Part shown: one piece after another, positions 1 through 12,900 of the stretch
Layout of the letters: each line of letters begins with the position of its first letter
How positions within the stretch are numbered: position 1 is the stretch's first letter
NCBI GenBank assembly: GCA_043228905.1
Contig: JBHGNT010000020.1
Location: 2,418,001 to 2,482,000 of the forward strand
Source of the DNA: Azolla caroliniana
Lineage: Eukaryota; Plantae; Polypodiophyta
DNA: 64,000 nt
Direction of reading: 5' to 3'
The notes under the pieces: model-generated
What the model was told of the DNA's origin: nothing
What the model saw: the letters and a program-made list of their open reading frames with translations, nothing else
Database searches by the model: none
Position numbers and translations under genes: made by a program

Positions 1-1384
1 GAGGAAAAGAAAGCCAACCGAAACCGAAACCGAGAGATCGAAACCGACCCGTAAGGGGGCGAAATCGGTAAAAACTGATCAACCGAGTCCGATTCGGCCG
101 AATACGAATCCGATCAGAAGCCGATCGGACGAGACCGATCCAGAAAAAATTCAAGGTTGATGAAGAGGCAAGGAAAAGACACTACCACGAATGACAAGGG
201 CCAAGCGGATTTGAAGGATATTATTAACGATAAGATCTCAACAAAGAAGAATGGCTCTAACGGGAAGAATGTAAACACTAATGCGAGATTCTATGAAGAG
301 AGAGAACAAAGAATATGGTGGATCGGATGGCGACAATGGTTCGGGTGATAAGAATGGATATGTTCAAAATGGAGAGACAACGCCGACATAGCAAGAGAAA
401 CATAGGGTACTACAAGTAAAGAAGAATTATGAGGGCCGGTAACCGGAGACCGGACAGAGCCAACAACCGAACAAAACTGGAAACCGAGCGGAGTCGGCAA
501 CCAAAAACCGGAGACCAAACGGGGCCGGCAACCAAAAATGGCAGGCGACGAAACCAACCATGCGGAGAACGAACGGACGAGATTAACAATCACCGACAAC
601 TTCGGCACATACCGGAGGATGTGTGGGTTCGGAGGGGGCGAGTGTCATAGTGTATTTCGTACACTACGTGGAAATAATATAAAATAACCGATTGAATAAA
701 TATGAAGAAAAAAAAGAAGAAGAAAATATCAAAATAAGCATTACATGCATAGTGCAAGATTCGAACCTTGCACCTCCATGTTAATAATGTAATGTCTTAC
801 CATTACACTAACATTTCATTAGTGTTTAAAAAGTAGATGTTCCACATAGAAAAGTTATTTCACCTAGGATAAACTTTAGTTAAAAGAAAACGCATGCTAA
901 AAGAAAAAGTTACGCGTGCACATCTAGCTTGCATGAACGCTATAGTTGATAAAAAAACGCACAAGTTAGAAAAAGCATGATCACTTTAGATCAAGCATAT
1001 AGTCTATCTATAGGAAAAGCATGGAGTCTATAGTTAGAGAAAAAAAAGCATGGATTCCTAAGACTCCCTCATCACTACATAAGGATGGGGAGCACAATGT
1101 AATAGGTGTGTGAAATATTTGGGAAATTGGATATATTTCCTAAAACACCAATAATAAAATAGAATCGTGGGATTCACGAAGTTTTATATAATCCATCTCT
1201 TTCAATCTAAATACATATTCTTACATAAATATTAATCAATAAAATACATTATACTTGTGGGATTCACAAGTTCCTAATAATCTACTCATAATTATAATCG
1301 TCACAAATTCTTCCTCCTCCTAGTCCAAAACCCCGGTGGTTCCCACCCGACTCACACAACGATCCGGAGCCGAAAGGCACGACA
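1..1384 (+). mobile_element. 3' part of a non-autonomous family-P (Phygy-like gypsy) element: internal tail, PPT and 3' LTR (643-1384)
   Basis: PPT GGAGGGGGCGAG directly precedes TGTCATAGTG at 643. LTR ends GAAAGGCACGACA at 1384. Bases 1-642 match the reverse complement of about 10752-11520. Confidence 0.88.
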
Positions 1385-4300
1385 CCGTATTCCGGACCAA
1401 TGTTGTGGAACCCGTTCAAGCAACCGGAGGACGGAGTAGGAACCGGAAGCGGTATTCGAATAGCCGGCAACCAAGAGGAACCTACCACAGAGCCTGTGTT
1501 GTCGGATACAATGGAAAAGGAATAACATGTGTCCTTAAAGAAGGAAAAATAAAAAAAGAAGCCATCCTGCAGGGGTGAGGAGTAAATATGTGGCGAACGC
1601 ATGAGGAGAAGAAGAAGAAAAGAAAAAGAAAGAGTGGTAGTAAAAAATGAATGAACACCACGAAATGGCGTGACGTTAGGCATTTAAAGCGCACCACACG
1701 ACATACAACTTCTATAATAATACATGACATGCATGCGTAGGAATCAAGAAAAGGCGGCAAAGATGGGAACACAAAACATCCGCATTACAGAGTCTCTCTC
1801 ATTCCGCGAACATAGAGCCCTTAGCACATAGAAGCGGATACAGGTGATCAGGCGAATGCAAGAAGCTACCGCAGGCACCCCGAAGCTTACCACCACCACC
1901 AAAGTAAATGACACACTAGAGCCCATGGCGCTCTCCAAGACTGCCAAGAAATGGTTTACACAACATGGATTGGAGGGTTTTCTCCGAATAGCAGAAGCAC
2001 CTCCCCACGACGAACCAGAAGATCAACTTGGAGGAAATAATAGAGGAGGCTATCCGTGCCTTAATCGGATTGTCGGAGGGAGGGATCTACTCTATTGAGA
2101 ATCCTTCCCCAAAGACGCTGACGAAGTTCTTTGGCAAGTACTCCCTCGCCAGCAAAGCGTACCGCACACAGGGTGGTGACGACACCTTTTTCCAAGAAGT
2201 GGCTTGTGTGCTCCACAAGTATGGGTTTGTGCACCCCCGACCCCCGACAATGCCTAAGAACAGAGCCGGGTTCATCATCGCAACATACGAAGGGGTGAAA
2301 GTGGATTGTCCAGTAATCATCGTCGATTCTCTAGGAGTGGCCATCCAATCCGTAGTGGATGGCAAGAAAGTATGGACAACGGTGGCCCAATGGCTCACCC
2401 TCCTCGCACTACCAGTGCCGGCAATAAAGGCAAAGAAGCGGGGCCGAGCGGCGGATGCAACGCCAAACAAGCCTTCGAAGCGGCAACAACTCCTCGCCAA
2501 GCACACTCCCGACTGGACAGAGGGAGGATCGGCACATAAGGAAAAGAAACAGCCTAGTTGGAAGCAGCAGGTGGAGATCGAGGCACCGGTAGAACCACCG
2601 GTAAAGCCCCTTAAAATTAAACTGCACCGGCAGGAGCGAGAGTCGCCCACCTTGACTCAAAGAATTAACATCGGAACCCAAGAGGAGGAGGCGGAGGAAG
2701 AACCCGCCGACAATTTCCTACGTCGCCAGAAGAGAAGCGACGTGGAGCAGCAAGGGGACGAATCGGGTTCGGTAAAGGACATCACACCAACTCCCAGCTC
2801 CAAGGGACGAGAGCCAAGGCAAGAGATCGAGCCTGTTCGGCAAGAAGTGGTGACACCGGTGCTACCAGAACCGGTGATAGAACTACCTATCTCACCGGGT
2901 CGACATGCACAACAAGAAAAGGAGTTGTTACTGGAGACAAGACTACAATAAGGACTTGAGGGGAGACCAGAGCCGACACCACAACCAAAACCGCCAAGGC
3001 AACAAGGCACCGACAGTCAATGGTTGCATTGGATCGGAGAGCAGGTGGCCGAGGTGGTAAGCCAAATTGAAGCAGTAGAGATAGCACAAGGGGACCGGTT
3101 GTTCGCCACAACCGAAGAACTCGAGAAAGCCCGGTCGAGGATTCAGAGCATGGAGGAAGAAGTTGAGAAGGCCAAAGCAGACGCGGCCCAACAGGTCAAT
3201 TCGGGACCGACAAAACACATAAATAACAGATAAATAACACGTCGGCAAAACTACTGGAGGAAGCAACATGGGACCAGATGGAACTCACCGGACCGCATTA
3301 TGAGGAGACGGAACGAGCGAAAATGGCTCTGAACAAAGTTCAGACAACTTATCAAACTCAGTTGCTGGAGTATAGGGAACAAGCACAAGCAATTGCAATC
3401 CTTATAAAGAAATTGAAGGAAGAAACACAGGCCGTGGAAGACAAGTCCAAAATGGGGCTCAACCGGATCCGCGACATTGTATTGACTTGGAAAGAGCGGA
3501 CAAAGAGGATAATCGAGTAAAGCTCAGTACAATGGTGGTCAAAATGGGTGGAACAAGTAGCGGAATTGCAGGCTCTGCGAGCGGATGTGGAGAACTAGAG
3601 AAAAGACGGTGACAACTTCTACAAGCTGGATGCAGAGAGCATTGTAACCATCCGGGAGGAGTTGTCGGACGATTTCTTGTCCCTGGTAGGAGAACAATTG
3701 GCGGTTGTGAGGCGGTTGGTAGAACAGTTGGATGGTGAACAACTTGCCACTCAACTCCAATTTGAGTGGTACGAGCAGGAGCGTAGACGGTAGCTAGCAT
3801 TGCAAATGATGGCGGCAATCAACATAAGTGACGGAGAGCAATCTCTAGAGTAGCCACCGAATATAGCCGGAACCGGCGGAGGCCATCCAGACGAAGCCCG
3901 AGTGGAGCAGCCGGAAGTAGCCAGACCAAAAGAGCCAGCGGAAGCAGAACGAGAGCAACAGGAGCAGCCAAGGACGGAGGAGCCAGAGCCGGAGGGGCTG
4001 AGACCAGTAGAGCCGGGAGCGGATGGAGTCAGAGAGGAGGATCAGGCTGGAGAGCGACAACAATCGGAGCAACATCAACAAAAGCAAATGGAGCAACTAC
4101 CCGATGAACCGTTGGAACCCCTGGACCAGAGTATTCTAGACATTCGGGAAGATGAGTGAAGGGGCTAACCCGTGGGTTCGACGTACAAGGTACTGTCCCA
4201 CGGGCATGCCAGGTGTTGGCCGGTTAGGCCAACCTATGAAAGGGGAGCTGGTTTTGGGATAATGGGAGTTGTAATTAGAATTCATTATTATAATTATAAG

Positions 4301-4716
4301 ATTGGACGGACGGACCCAGAATCGGTATGCCAATCTGAATCTGGACCGGTTCGTAGCCGGTTGCCGGTTGGCACCGGTTTGTAACACATCCGGATACCTA
4401 TAAAAGGATTCGAATATGATGTAATTGACAACAAATAATTAATAGAGAAGTGTTGTTATTTTTGGATACCTATAAAAGGATTCGGATATGATGTAACTGA
4501 CAATGGATAATTAATAGAGAAGTGTTTGTTTATCCTGTCATTTCCGTTTTGTGCTTAATGATGTTGATCCTACGTGTGTAACTAATCGATCCGAATAACA
4601 ATCGGAGAGGATCGGTTCTGTGTTACGGTCTTCTCATTCCTTACCGTACCACCCCTTTGGTGAAGTGTTCCGAAAGGACACCCTGTGTTAGTGGCTTGTC
4701 CAACCCAGGATTAACA
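1385..4716 (+). mobile_element. 3' part of a family-C LTR retrotransposon with extra ORF and 3' LTR (4214-4716)
   Basis: LTR TGTTGGCCGG...GGATTAACA is homologous to 47136-47574 (minus) and to the solo LTR at 16146-16578. The left end is interrupted by the family-P LTR. Confidence 0.8.
1925..4159 (+). pseudogene. Degraded extra (env-position) ORF of family C: globular N-terminus, Pro/Glu-rich linker, coiled coil, acidic tail
   Basis: ORF pieces 1844-2098, 2028-2951, 3024-3233, 3278-3520 and 3902-4159 are collinear. The coiled-coil and acidic tail recur in 48192-48395 and 47658-47915 (minus). Confidence 0.65.
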
Positions 4717-7656
4717 CATCCGTGAAGTCGTGATAAAGGGTTCCCCGAGAATCATGGAATGCAAGACCTCATCTTGCACGAAGAAATTTTGGTCAATCTC
4801 TACATCTCCTATCTTCACCGGCACATTCGGACAAGCCGCAAATAGGTCATCCATTGTTTTAGTAGACGCACGGATCTTCCATCCATGACTGGTGTTAATC
4901 AGCCCCTTCCCTTTCCGGTAGAACTCCTTGGACATCAGGTTGATCTCCGATCCATGATCAATCAATGCGACTACGCGCTCTTTGATGTTTCCAATTCGGA
5001 CTAGAGTCTCTGTAGTTGCTCGTGCCCAATGTGTCTTTGTGTAGTGGGAGTTTGAAATTTGGTCCTCCGTTTCCGTGTCATTCATTAGAATCATATTTGC
5101 ATTCACCTTTAGAGTATTTAAATATTCCGTAGCTTTCCTCTTTCTCTTCACAAGATCCACGAGGAGATCATGGAACTCTTTCTTTGCTATTCCGAGCAAT
5201 TCCTGGAGAGAAAATTCCACCCGACTATCAAGGATTCTCTCTTCGAACACCTTCTTTAGGTCCATTTGTTGTTCGATGTCCGAGGCGAGTTTGAATGCCG
5301 GAATCGTTTTCTCTTTTCCTTTTCCTTCGGAATTCCAACTCTGTGGTGTCTTCGAGGGTCCGGCCACATCGCCCGTGCACCGTCGTTTCTTATCTACGTA
5401 CACCTCATGTAATTGGTATAGGGCATATATGCTATTCTTATCTACGGGGCACTCCCATCCCGTAGCTTCCCAAATGCCTTCTGCAGTGCTCCGGATTTCA
5501 TCAGAGTGTGTTTTCTCGGAGATGCCTTGACTTTCTAACACTATCAAGGATTCTCTCTTCGAACACCTTCTTTAGGTCCATTTGTTGTTCGATGTCTGAG
5601 GTGAGTTTGAATGCTGGAATCGTTTTCTCTTTTCCTTTTCCTTCGGAATTCCAACTCTGTGGTGTCTTCGAGGGTCCGGCCACATCGCCCGTGCACCGTC
5701 GTTTCTCATCTACGTACACCTCATGTAATTGGTATAGGGCATATATGCTATTCTTATCTACGGGGCACTCCCATCCCGTAGCTTCCCAAATGCCTTCTGC
5801 AGTGCTCCAGATTTCATCAGAGTCGGTTTTCTCAGAGATGCCTTCACTTTCTGACACTTCTGGCTAGAAAGATGCCTTCACTTTAGATATTTCACCCACA
5901 TGCATTTCCGCGGTTGTCACATAATTGATTTTTACCTCTATCTCCTCCTCTAGGGCCTTCTTCATGCTGCATTTTCAGAAGTTCGGATGGAATGGCTTCT
6001 GAGTATCCATCGAATGGATCCGATTTCCTTCATAGTAGATAAGATCCGGCTGTAGAGCCTCCTTGAGCTGATCACATTCCTTCCGATCATGTTCGGCACT
6101 ATCGCACCATATGGACCGTCGGTCCATATACTTGGAACTTGTGGGACAGTCTTTTGATTTCTTCACCATGACAATCTTGAGATTCTCTATCTCTTTTAGC
6201 AATTGCTCCATCGTAGTTACTTCGATTCCCTTCTCGGTCATAGTTTCTCAAGCCCGTGGTTGGTAGTCTTCTGCTATGAATCTCAACCTCAACGTTTGTT
6301 CCCTACTCCTCTCTTCATGTCCAAGCCATTGCCCCCTCTTTGTGTATTGAGTGACGATGTTTCGCACATTTTCCCATGTATTGGTGAGGCCACTCTCGGT
6401 AGTCGTTTCCTCTAGAAGCACTCCAAGATCTTTCTAATCCCATATGTCCACAGCTCGTAAGAACATGATCACTTTGTCTAGTACGAGGATAGCTTGATCT
6501 CTCGCGGACAACCTCCCGAATCGACTTTCAAATGCCGAACATACATCAAGGACCTTCAACCCCTCTGTCTGGTGTTTCCACCCAATCTTTGAATCCCCTC
6601 CGCGACACCTTGGAGGAATCTTCGATAGCAAATGTAGTCTTTAGCGTTTCTTCAAACGCTTCCCATGTCAGATTTTGTTGTCGAATCCCGTGGATACTCC
6701 CTTGAAGCCCATCTGTAGCCACCCGATTGAAGGATGACATTTGCAATCCTTTCGATATCCCACAACGCAGCATCTCCGCCTTGTTGTCCCAAAGATAATG
6801 TGAAACATCCTTCCCATCGAAATGACCATTCCATTGCAAGAGTCGTTCTAAGGCAGCTCCAACCTCCGACATCGCGTGTGGTTCCTGTAGTATCCACTCC
6901 AATATTGCCATCATGTTGTTGTCCTCTTGTTGATTCTCCATCTCCTTGCCACCCATCTTCACGTCGGGTTCACCAAATGTGTCGTGGCTTTCGGCGCCAG
7001 ATCGTTGCGTGAGTCGGATGGGAACCATTGGGGTTTTGGAATAGGAGGAAGAATTTGAGATGAGTCTAGTTATGAATAGATTGTAAGAAAGAGAGAAAGA
7101 AACTTGTGAATCCCACAAGTATAATGTATTTTATTAATCAATATTTACATAAGAATATGAATTTAGATTGAAAGAGAATAATATAGAAACTTCGTGAATC
7201 CCACGAGTATAGTTTATTAATTGGTACTTCAAAACATATCCAATTTCCAAAGATTTTCACACCTTGTTACATTATACTCCCCATCCTTATATAGTAATAA
7301 GAGAGTTTTAGCAATCCATGTTTTTTCTCTAAATATCAACTCCATGCTTTTTCTATCAATAGACTATATGCTTTCTCTAACATGCTTTTTCTAAAAGTGA
7401 TCATGCGGGATATTTAGAAGCTATTTTATCTAGAAAATATAGTTGAAATAACCTTTCAATGTGGGATATCTATTTTTTAATATCTATGATGTGTTAGTAT
7501 AATGGTAAAGCTTTACATTATAAACATAGAGGTGTAAGGTTCGAATCTTGCCCTATGCATGTAATATATATTTTAATATTTATTTCTTTTTCTTCATATT
7601 TATTCAATCGGTTATTTTATATATTTTTCACGTAGTGTACAAAATACGCTACGACA
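4717..7656 (-). mobile_element. 5' part of an autonomous-type family-P element: 5' LTR (6980-7656), tRNA-Trp PBS (6958-6975), decayed Gag-protease
   Basis: ORFs 6546-7118, 5975-6241 and 4711-5547 align by eye with the Gag-PR ORF 54021-56147 (ALIDHGSEINLM). PBS reads TGGTGAACCCGACGTGAA. Confidence 0.9.
5224..5850. repeat. About 316-bp tandem duplication inside the decayed gag
   Basis: ACTATCAAGGATTCTC...GAGATGCCTT starts at both 5224 and 5540. The peptide STAEGIWEATGWECPVDKNS is duplicated. Confidence 0.9.
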
Positions 7657-9962
7657 CCGGCTTATCGTTGTAGCAACGATTTCTGCACAACTCACATCAA
7701 AAGTAGAAGAAGTTCAATAATGAACACCCAGATGGGAAGCGCTCTTCCCACCGAGAAGCTCGATAGAACAAACTTCGCATCTTGGGAGTACAAGATGCAT
7801 CAGTACCTTGTTGGACAACGTTACTAGAGCTACATCTAGGGAGCTCACAAAACGCAACCCAACCCGACACACGCTGACTACCTAGCGTCTGGGAAAGCTG
7901 CGAGCTTGTGTTGTATTGTGTTGCATCATGTGTCCATGACCACATGCTCGAATATATTTGGGATTCGAAAATGCCGAAAGAAGCTTGGGGAAATCTCAAG
8001 AAGATTTTTGCAGCCGATACTGCTACACGAAAGCTCCAACTTTGACAGGAGCTAAACAACATGCAACAGAGGGACATGTCGATCACCGACTATAGCTTGA
8101 AGATCAAGGAGGTGTGTGATGCCCTCAATTCGATTAACGTCATCGTCGATGATGAAGAAATGGTGCAAATAGGCCTCGACAGCTTGGCACCTCGATTCAG
8201 CACGCTAAGATCAGCCATTCTTGCGAGGGAGAACCCTCCCTCCTTTTTCGACCTTCAATCGATTTTGTCGGTCGAAGAAAAACACATTCGACAAAGGAAC
8301 AATGCGCCTGATGGTCAGATGTTCTACTCATAGTCGGATGATAGAAGAGGATTCGATCATGGAAATAGAAGTCGGTTTGGACGAGACGGTCGGCCGACCC
8401 AAGAGTGTAACTCCCACCAATGGCAAGAGGACAAGAATAGTCCTAGAGAGTTCGGCAGAAGGGGGAGCCACCCCGCCAGACAGAGCAATCATAACAACTT
8501 GATCGAATGCGGGTATTGTGGAAAACATGGCCACTATGAACAGGAGGCCGAGAAGGCCGAATGTTCATCCTCGAATTAGAAGAGGTGAAATCGGCTATGT
8601 TCGCAGAAGGCCTCAAAGTCAAAATAGGCTTGAAAATGTGGCACAAGAGAATCGGCCACATCAATCTCCAAAAGCTCCAAAACATGCAATTGAAAAGAGT
8701 CGTAATCAGACTCCAAACTTTATCGAGAAGGAGATTACGAGCGTATGCGAGGCATGCTAATTCGGAAAACAACACCGACATCCATTCTCGAAAGAGAGTA
8801 ATGTGAGTAAAGGGATCTTGGATGTAGTACATTCAGATGTGTGGGGACCAGCCCAGACCGCAACATTTGGAGGTTGCCACCACTATGTCAAGTTGATCGA
8901 TGACTTCTCTAGGCACACTTGGATCTACCTGATGAGACAAAAGAGCGAAGTGTTCAGACACTTCCAACGGTTTAAGAATGAAGTCAAGAAAGCGATGGGC
9001 CGACATGTACACTGCCTTCGGTCGGATGGAGGCAAGGATATTTCTCGAACGTGTTTTCGGCATATCTCCGAAAGGAAGGAATACGACGAGAATTTTCGTG
9101 TCGACATATACCTCAACAAAACGGTGCCGCCGAACGGAAGATTCGGCACCTAGTAGAGGTTGCACGGGCAATGATGATTGAGAAGAACCTGTCGAAATCG
9201 TACTAGGTAGAAGCGACGAACACAACCGTATATCTCATGAACAAGTGTACAACCTCTGGGGTACACGACATAACCCCTCATGAGAGGTTTTTTGGAAAGA
9301 AGCCGGATTTATCACATGTTCGTATTTTCGGCTCAATCGCCTATGTGCATATTCCCGACAAAACGCGACAAAAGCTCGACCCGAAGTCAGAGAAATGTAT
9401 CCTCGTAGGGTACTTGCTCGAACAGAAGGGGTACAAATGCTACAACCCATGTACCCGAAAAGCTCGAGTGAGTCGAGACGTCGTTTTCGACGAGTCGGCA
9501 TCCTGGTGCAATCCAGAGGCGACTCCGATCTCTACTCCAGTCGACTCGGAATTGACTGAACGAGAGATAGAAGACGAATTTCACCTCGGATCCATGTTTG
9601 AAGAAAGTCAGATTACAACAAGAATTAGTGGACCACAGGAACCCTCGAGTGACCGAAGCCCATGTCGACCGAGTCCGAAACACGACAAAGGGAAGGCCAA
9701 GACATGTCCGAATACGAAGATCCAATCGACAACGAGTCAACTCACTCCCTCGATAGTGACTGCAAAGGCCTTGACATCCGGACAAATGGAGCGAAGAAAG
9801 CCTTAGTATCCGCAAACGAGAAGCTATGCCAGTCTACTTGTGAAAAGAACCTCATAAGCCGTTTCGGCTACGATGAGTATATGGTGTATCATTACGCATT
9901 TATGATGAAGGTAGCAATTGTCCGAGAGCCAGAAACATTTTTCGAAGCCGTGAAGGACCCAT

Positions 9963-12900
9963 TGTCGTGCCTTTCGGCCCCGGATCGTTGCGTGAGTTGG
10001 GTGGGAACCGTTGGGGGTTTGGACTAGGAGGAAGAATTTGAGACGAGTTTAGTTATCAATATGAATAGATTATAAGAAAGAGATATAGAAACTTGTGAAT
10101 CCCACAAGTATAGATTATTAGATTTATTAATATTTAGAATCCTAATTACAATTTATCATAGATTGGAAGAGATAAATTATATAAAACTTCGTGAATCCCA
10201 CGATTATATTAATTGGTGTTTTAGGAAATATACCCAATTTCCCAAATATTTCACACCTATTACATTGTGCTCCTCATCCTTATATAGTGATGAGAGAGTC
10301 TTAATAATCCATGCTTTTTCTATAGATAGACTCTATGCTTTTTCTAAAGTGTTCATGCACACTAAATGTGCATGAGTTGCTTTTTACATGATGCTTTTAT
10401 TTCCTAAATATAGTGCTCATGTTCGCTAGATGTGCACGAGTAATATTTTATTGGTTTACATTTTTCTTATAAATAAAGTATTCACGCACTCTAAAAATGC
10501 ATGGCTTACCTTTTTAATAAAGGTAGGCGTAAATTAAGGTCTTATAGGTATTAAATCTATATTTAAAACACTAATGATAAGTTAGTACAATGGTAAGGTT
10601 GGGGTTTGTCTACATGGAGGTATAAGGTTTGAATCTTGCTCTATGCACGTAATAAATATTTTTTTAATATTTTATTTTATTTATTATACGTACTTTAAAT
10701 CGGATATAGTATTTTACATATTTCACGTAGTGTGTGATTCACAATACGACACTCGCCCCCTTCGAACCCGCACATCCTCCGGTATGTGCCGAAGCTGTCG
10801 GTGATTGTTAGTCTCATCCGTTCGGTCTCCACCCGATTGGTTTCGTCGTTGGTCGTGCTTGGTTGCCGGCTCCGCCTGGTTTCCGATTTTCAGTTGCTTG
10901 CTCCGCCCGGTTACCGGTTGCCGGCTCTCATATTTCTCCTTTACTCGCAATCCCCTCCGTTTTCTCTTGTTATGTTGACTTTGTCTCTCCATTTTGAGCA
11001 CATCCATTCTTTCCACCCGAACCATTGTCGCCATCCGATCCACCATATTCTTTGTTCTCTCTTTGCATTGCCATGGTCGGTTGCCATGGCTCCTTGTGAT
11101 CCTCTTGAGCATAACCCTTCTTGTCTTGTGCATGTGCCATGCTTCCCACTTTGTTCACCTTTGTCATATAATCTCGCGTTAGAGTTGATAATCTTCATGT
11201 TAGAGCTCACCGTCTTTGTTAAGATCTCATTGTTAATAATACCCTTCAAATCCGCTTGGCCCTTGTCGTCTGTGGTAGTGTGCCTGTTTGGCGTCTTCCT
11301 CGTGTTCACCAGCCTCGATTGCTTCGACCTCCGGTTGAGTCGAATTAGCTTCTTTTTGGATCAGTCTTGTCTGATCGGTGTTCGGTTGGATCGGCTTCCA
11401 ATCGAATTCATATTCGGCCGATTCGGACTCGGTTGATCGGTTTTTACCGATTCGGCCCCCTTCCGGGTCGGTTTCGATCTATCGGTTTCAGTTTCGGTTG
11501 GCTTTCTTTTCCTCGTTTTCACCGGCCTCGACCGGTTCAACCTTTGACTAAGTCGGATTAGCTTCTTTCCGGATCGGTCTCGTCCGATCGGGTTTCAGCT
11601 AGGTCAGCTTCCATCTGTATTCGCGTTTGGCCGAATCGGACTCGGTCGATCGGTTTTGATCGAGTCGACCCCCTTTCGGGTCAGCTTTCTTTCGGATCGG
11701 AATTTTGTCCGGATCATCTTCCATCCGAACCAGCTTCCGACTTTACCTTTCTTGCCGCCACCTCCCGTCTCTCCGGTCTCACGTTGCTTCTCGGACACAA
11801 CCGCCGAAGTCTCTAGGATTAGTGGGCAGGAATCCTTGGTATTATCGTTCTCCGTCATTTCACGCATATCCACCTTCTTGGCTATCTCTCTGTTGTATGC
11901 ATCAACTTCGGCCTTCGTTTTCTCTCTGCCACCTTCCGTCTCTTCGGTCTCACGTTGCATTTGGAACGCAACCGCCGAAGTCTCTAGAACTAGTGGTGGG
12001 AAAGTCTTCATACAGCCATCCGTCATTGATTTGTCCATAGCCACCTCCGATTCGATGTCATCTTTCATGGTGACTTCCTCAATCAAGTCCGCCTCGCACT
12101 CTTTATCTCCCTCGATCATGCAAGCATCGATTATGCTTACCCCTTTTTCACCCGATGTTTCGGATACTTGTATTCCGAAACCTTCTTCCATTCTTGAAGT
12201 GGTGTTCGCCACTCTCAAGTCATCGACCTTATCCTTGGTCGTCGTTCTTTCGCAAGACGAGAGGATGCCTTGTTCCACACCCTCTCCCATGGTACCGTCG
12301 AATCGTACTTTGGCCTTCATATCAACCACATCGTTAATCCTTAATCGATCATCCCTTATAGGCCATGTTGTTGTTGACAAGATTCTCTTCTTCCTCTCAT
12401 CATGTCTCCGACATACCCTTTTGACATTGGTCCAATCCTCAGTAAGACCATTCGCACCGTCATCGTCTTCGAGTTTGATCCCGATGTCCATCCTTTCTTT
12501 CTGATCGATCGACTTCATGAACATTAGGACTTTATCCATCCCCACCAATCGTTGTTCCCGCTCCGAGAGTTGAGCAAAATGATACTCAAACTCTAAGAAT
12601 GCTAGTGTTGCAGTTCGGTGAGTCTTTGCCGATGCCACCCACTAGTCAAACTCGCATCGATCTCGTCCCATCAATCTCTCGTAGTCATACTTCTCCAATA
12701 GTGCTTTCTCAAAGGACACCCACGTTGTGTTTTGTTGTCGTATCTCGTATATGCTCTCTTGCAGCTCGTTCGAGGCCACCCGACTAAAGGATATCACTTG
12801 CAATCCTTCAGGTATTCGACATCGCATCATCTCCGCCTTATAGTCACGTAGATAGCGTGACACATCATTTCCGTTGAATTGCCCGTTTCGTTGCACAAGC

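Noticed and set aside
11656-12504. 282-aa Ser-rich ORF on the plus strand
   Set aside because: It is the antisense shadow of the acidic Gag-like ORF, with no independent coding signal.
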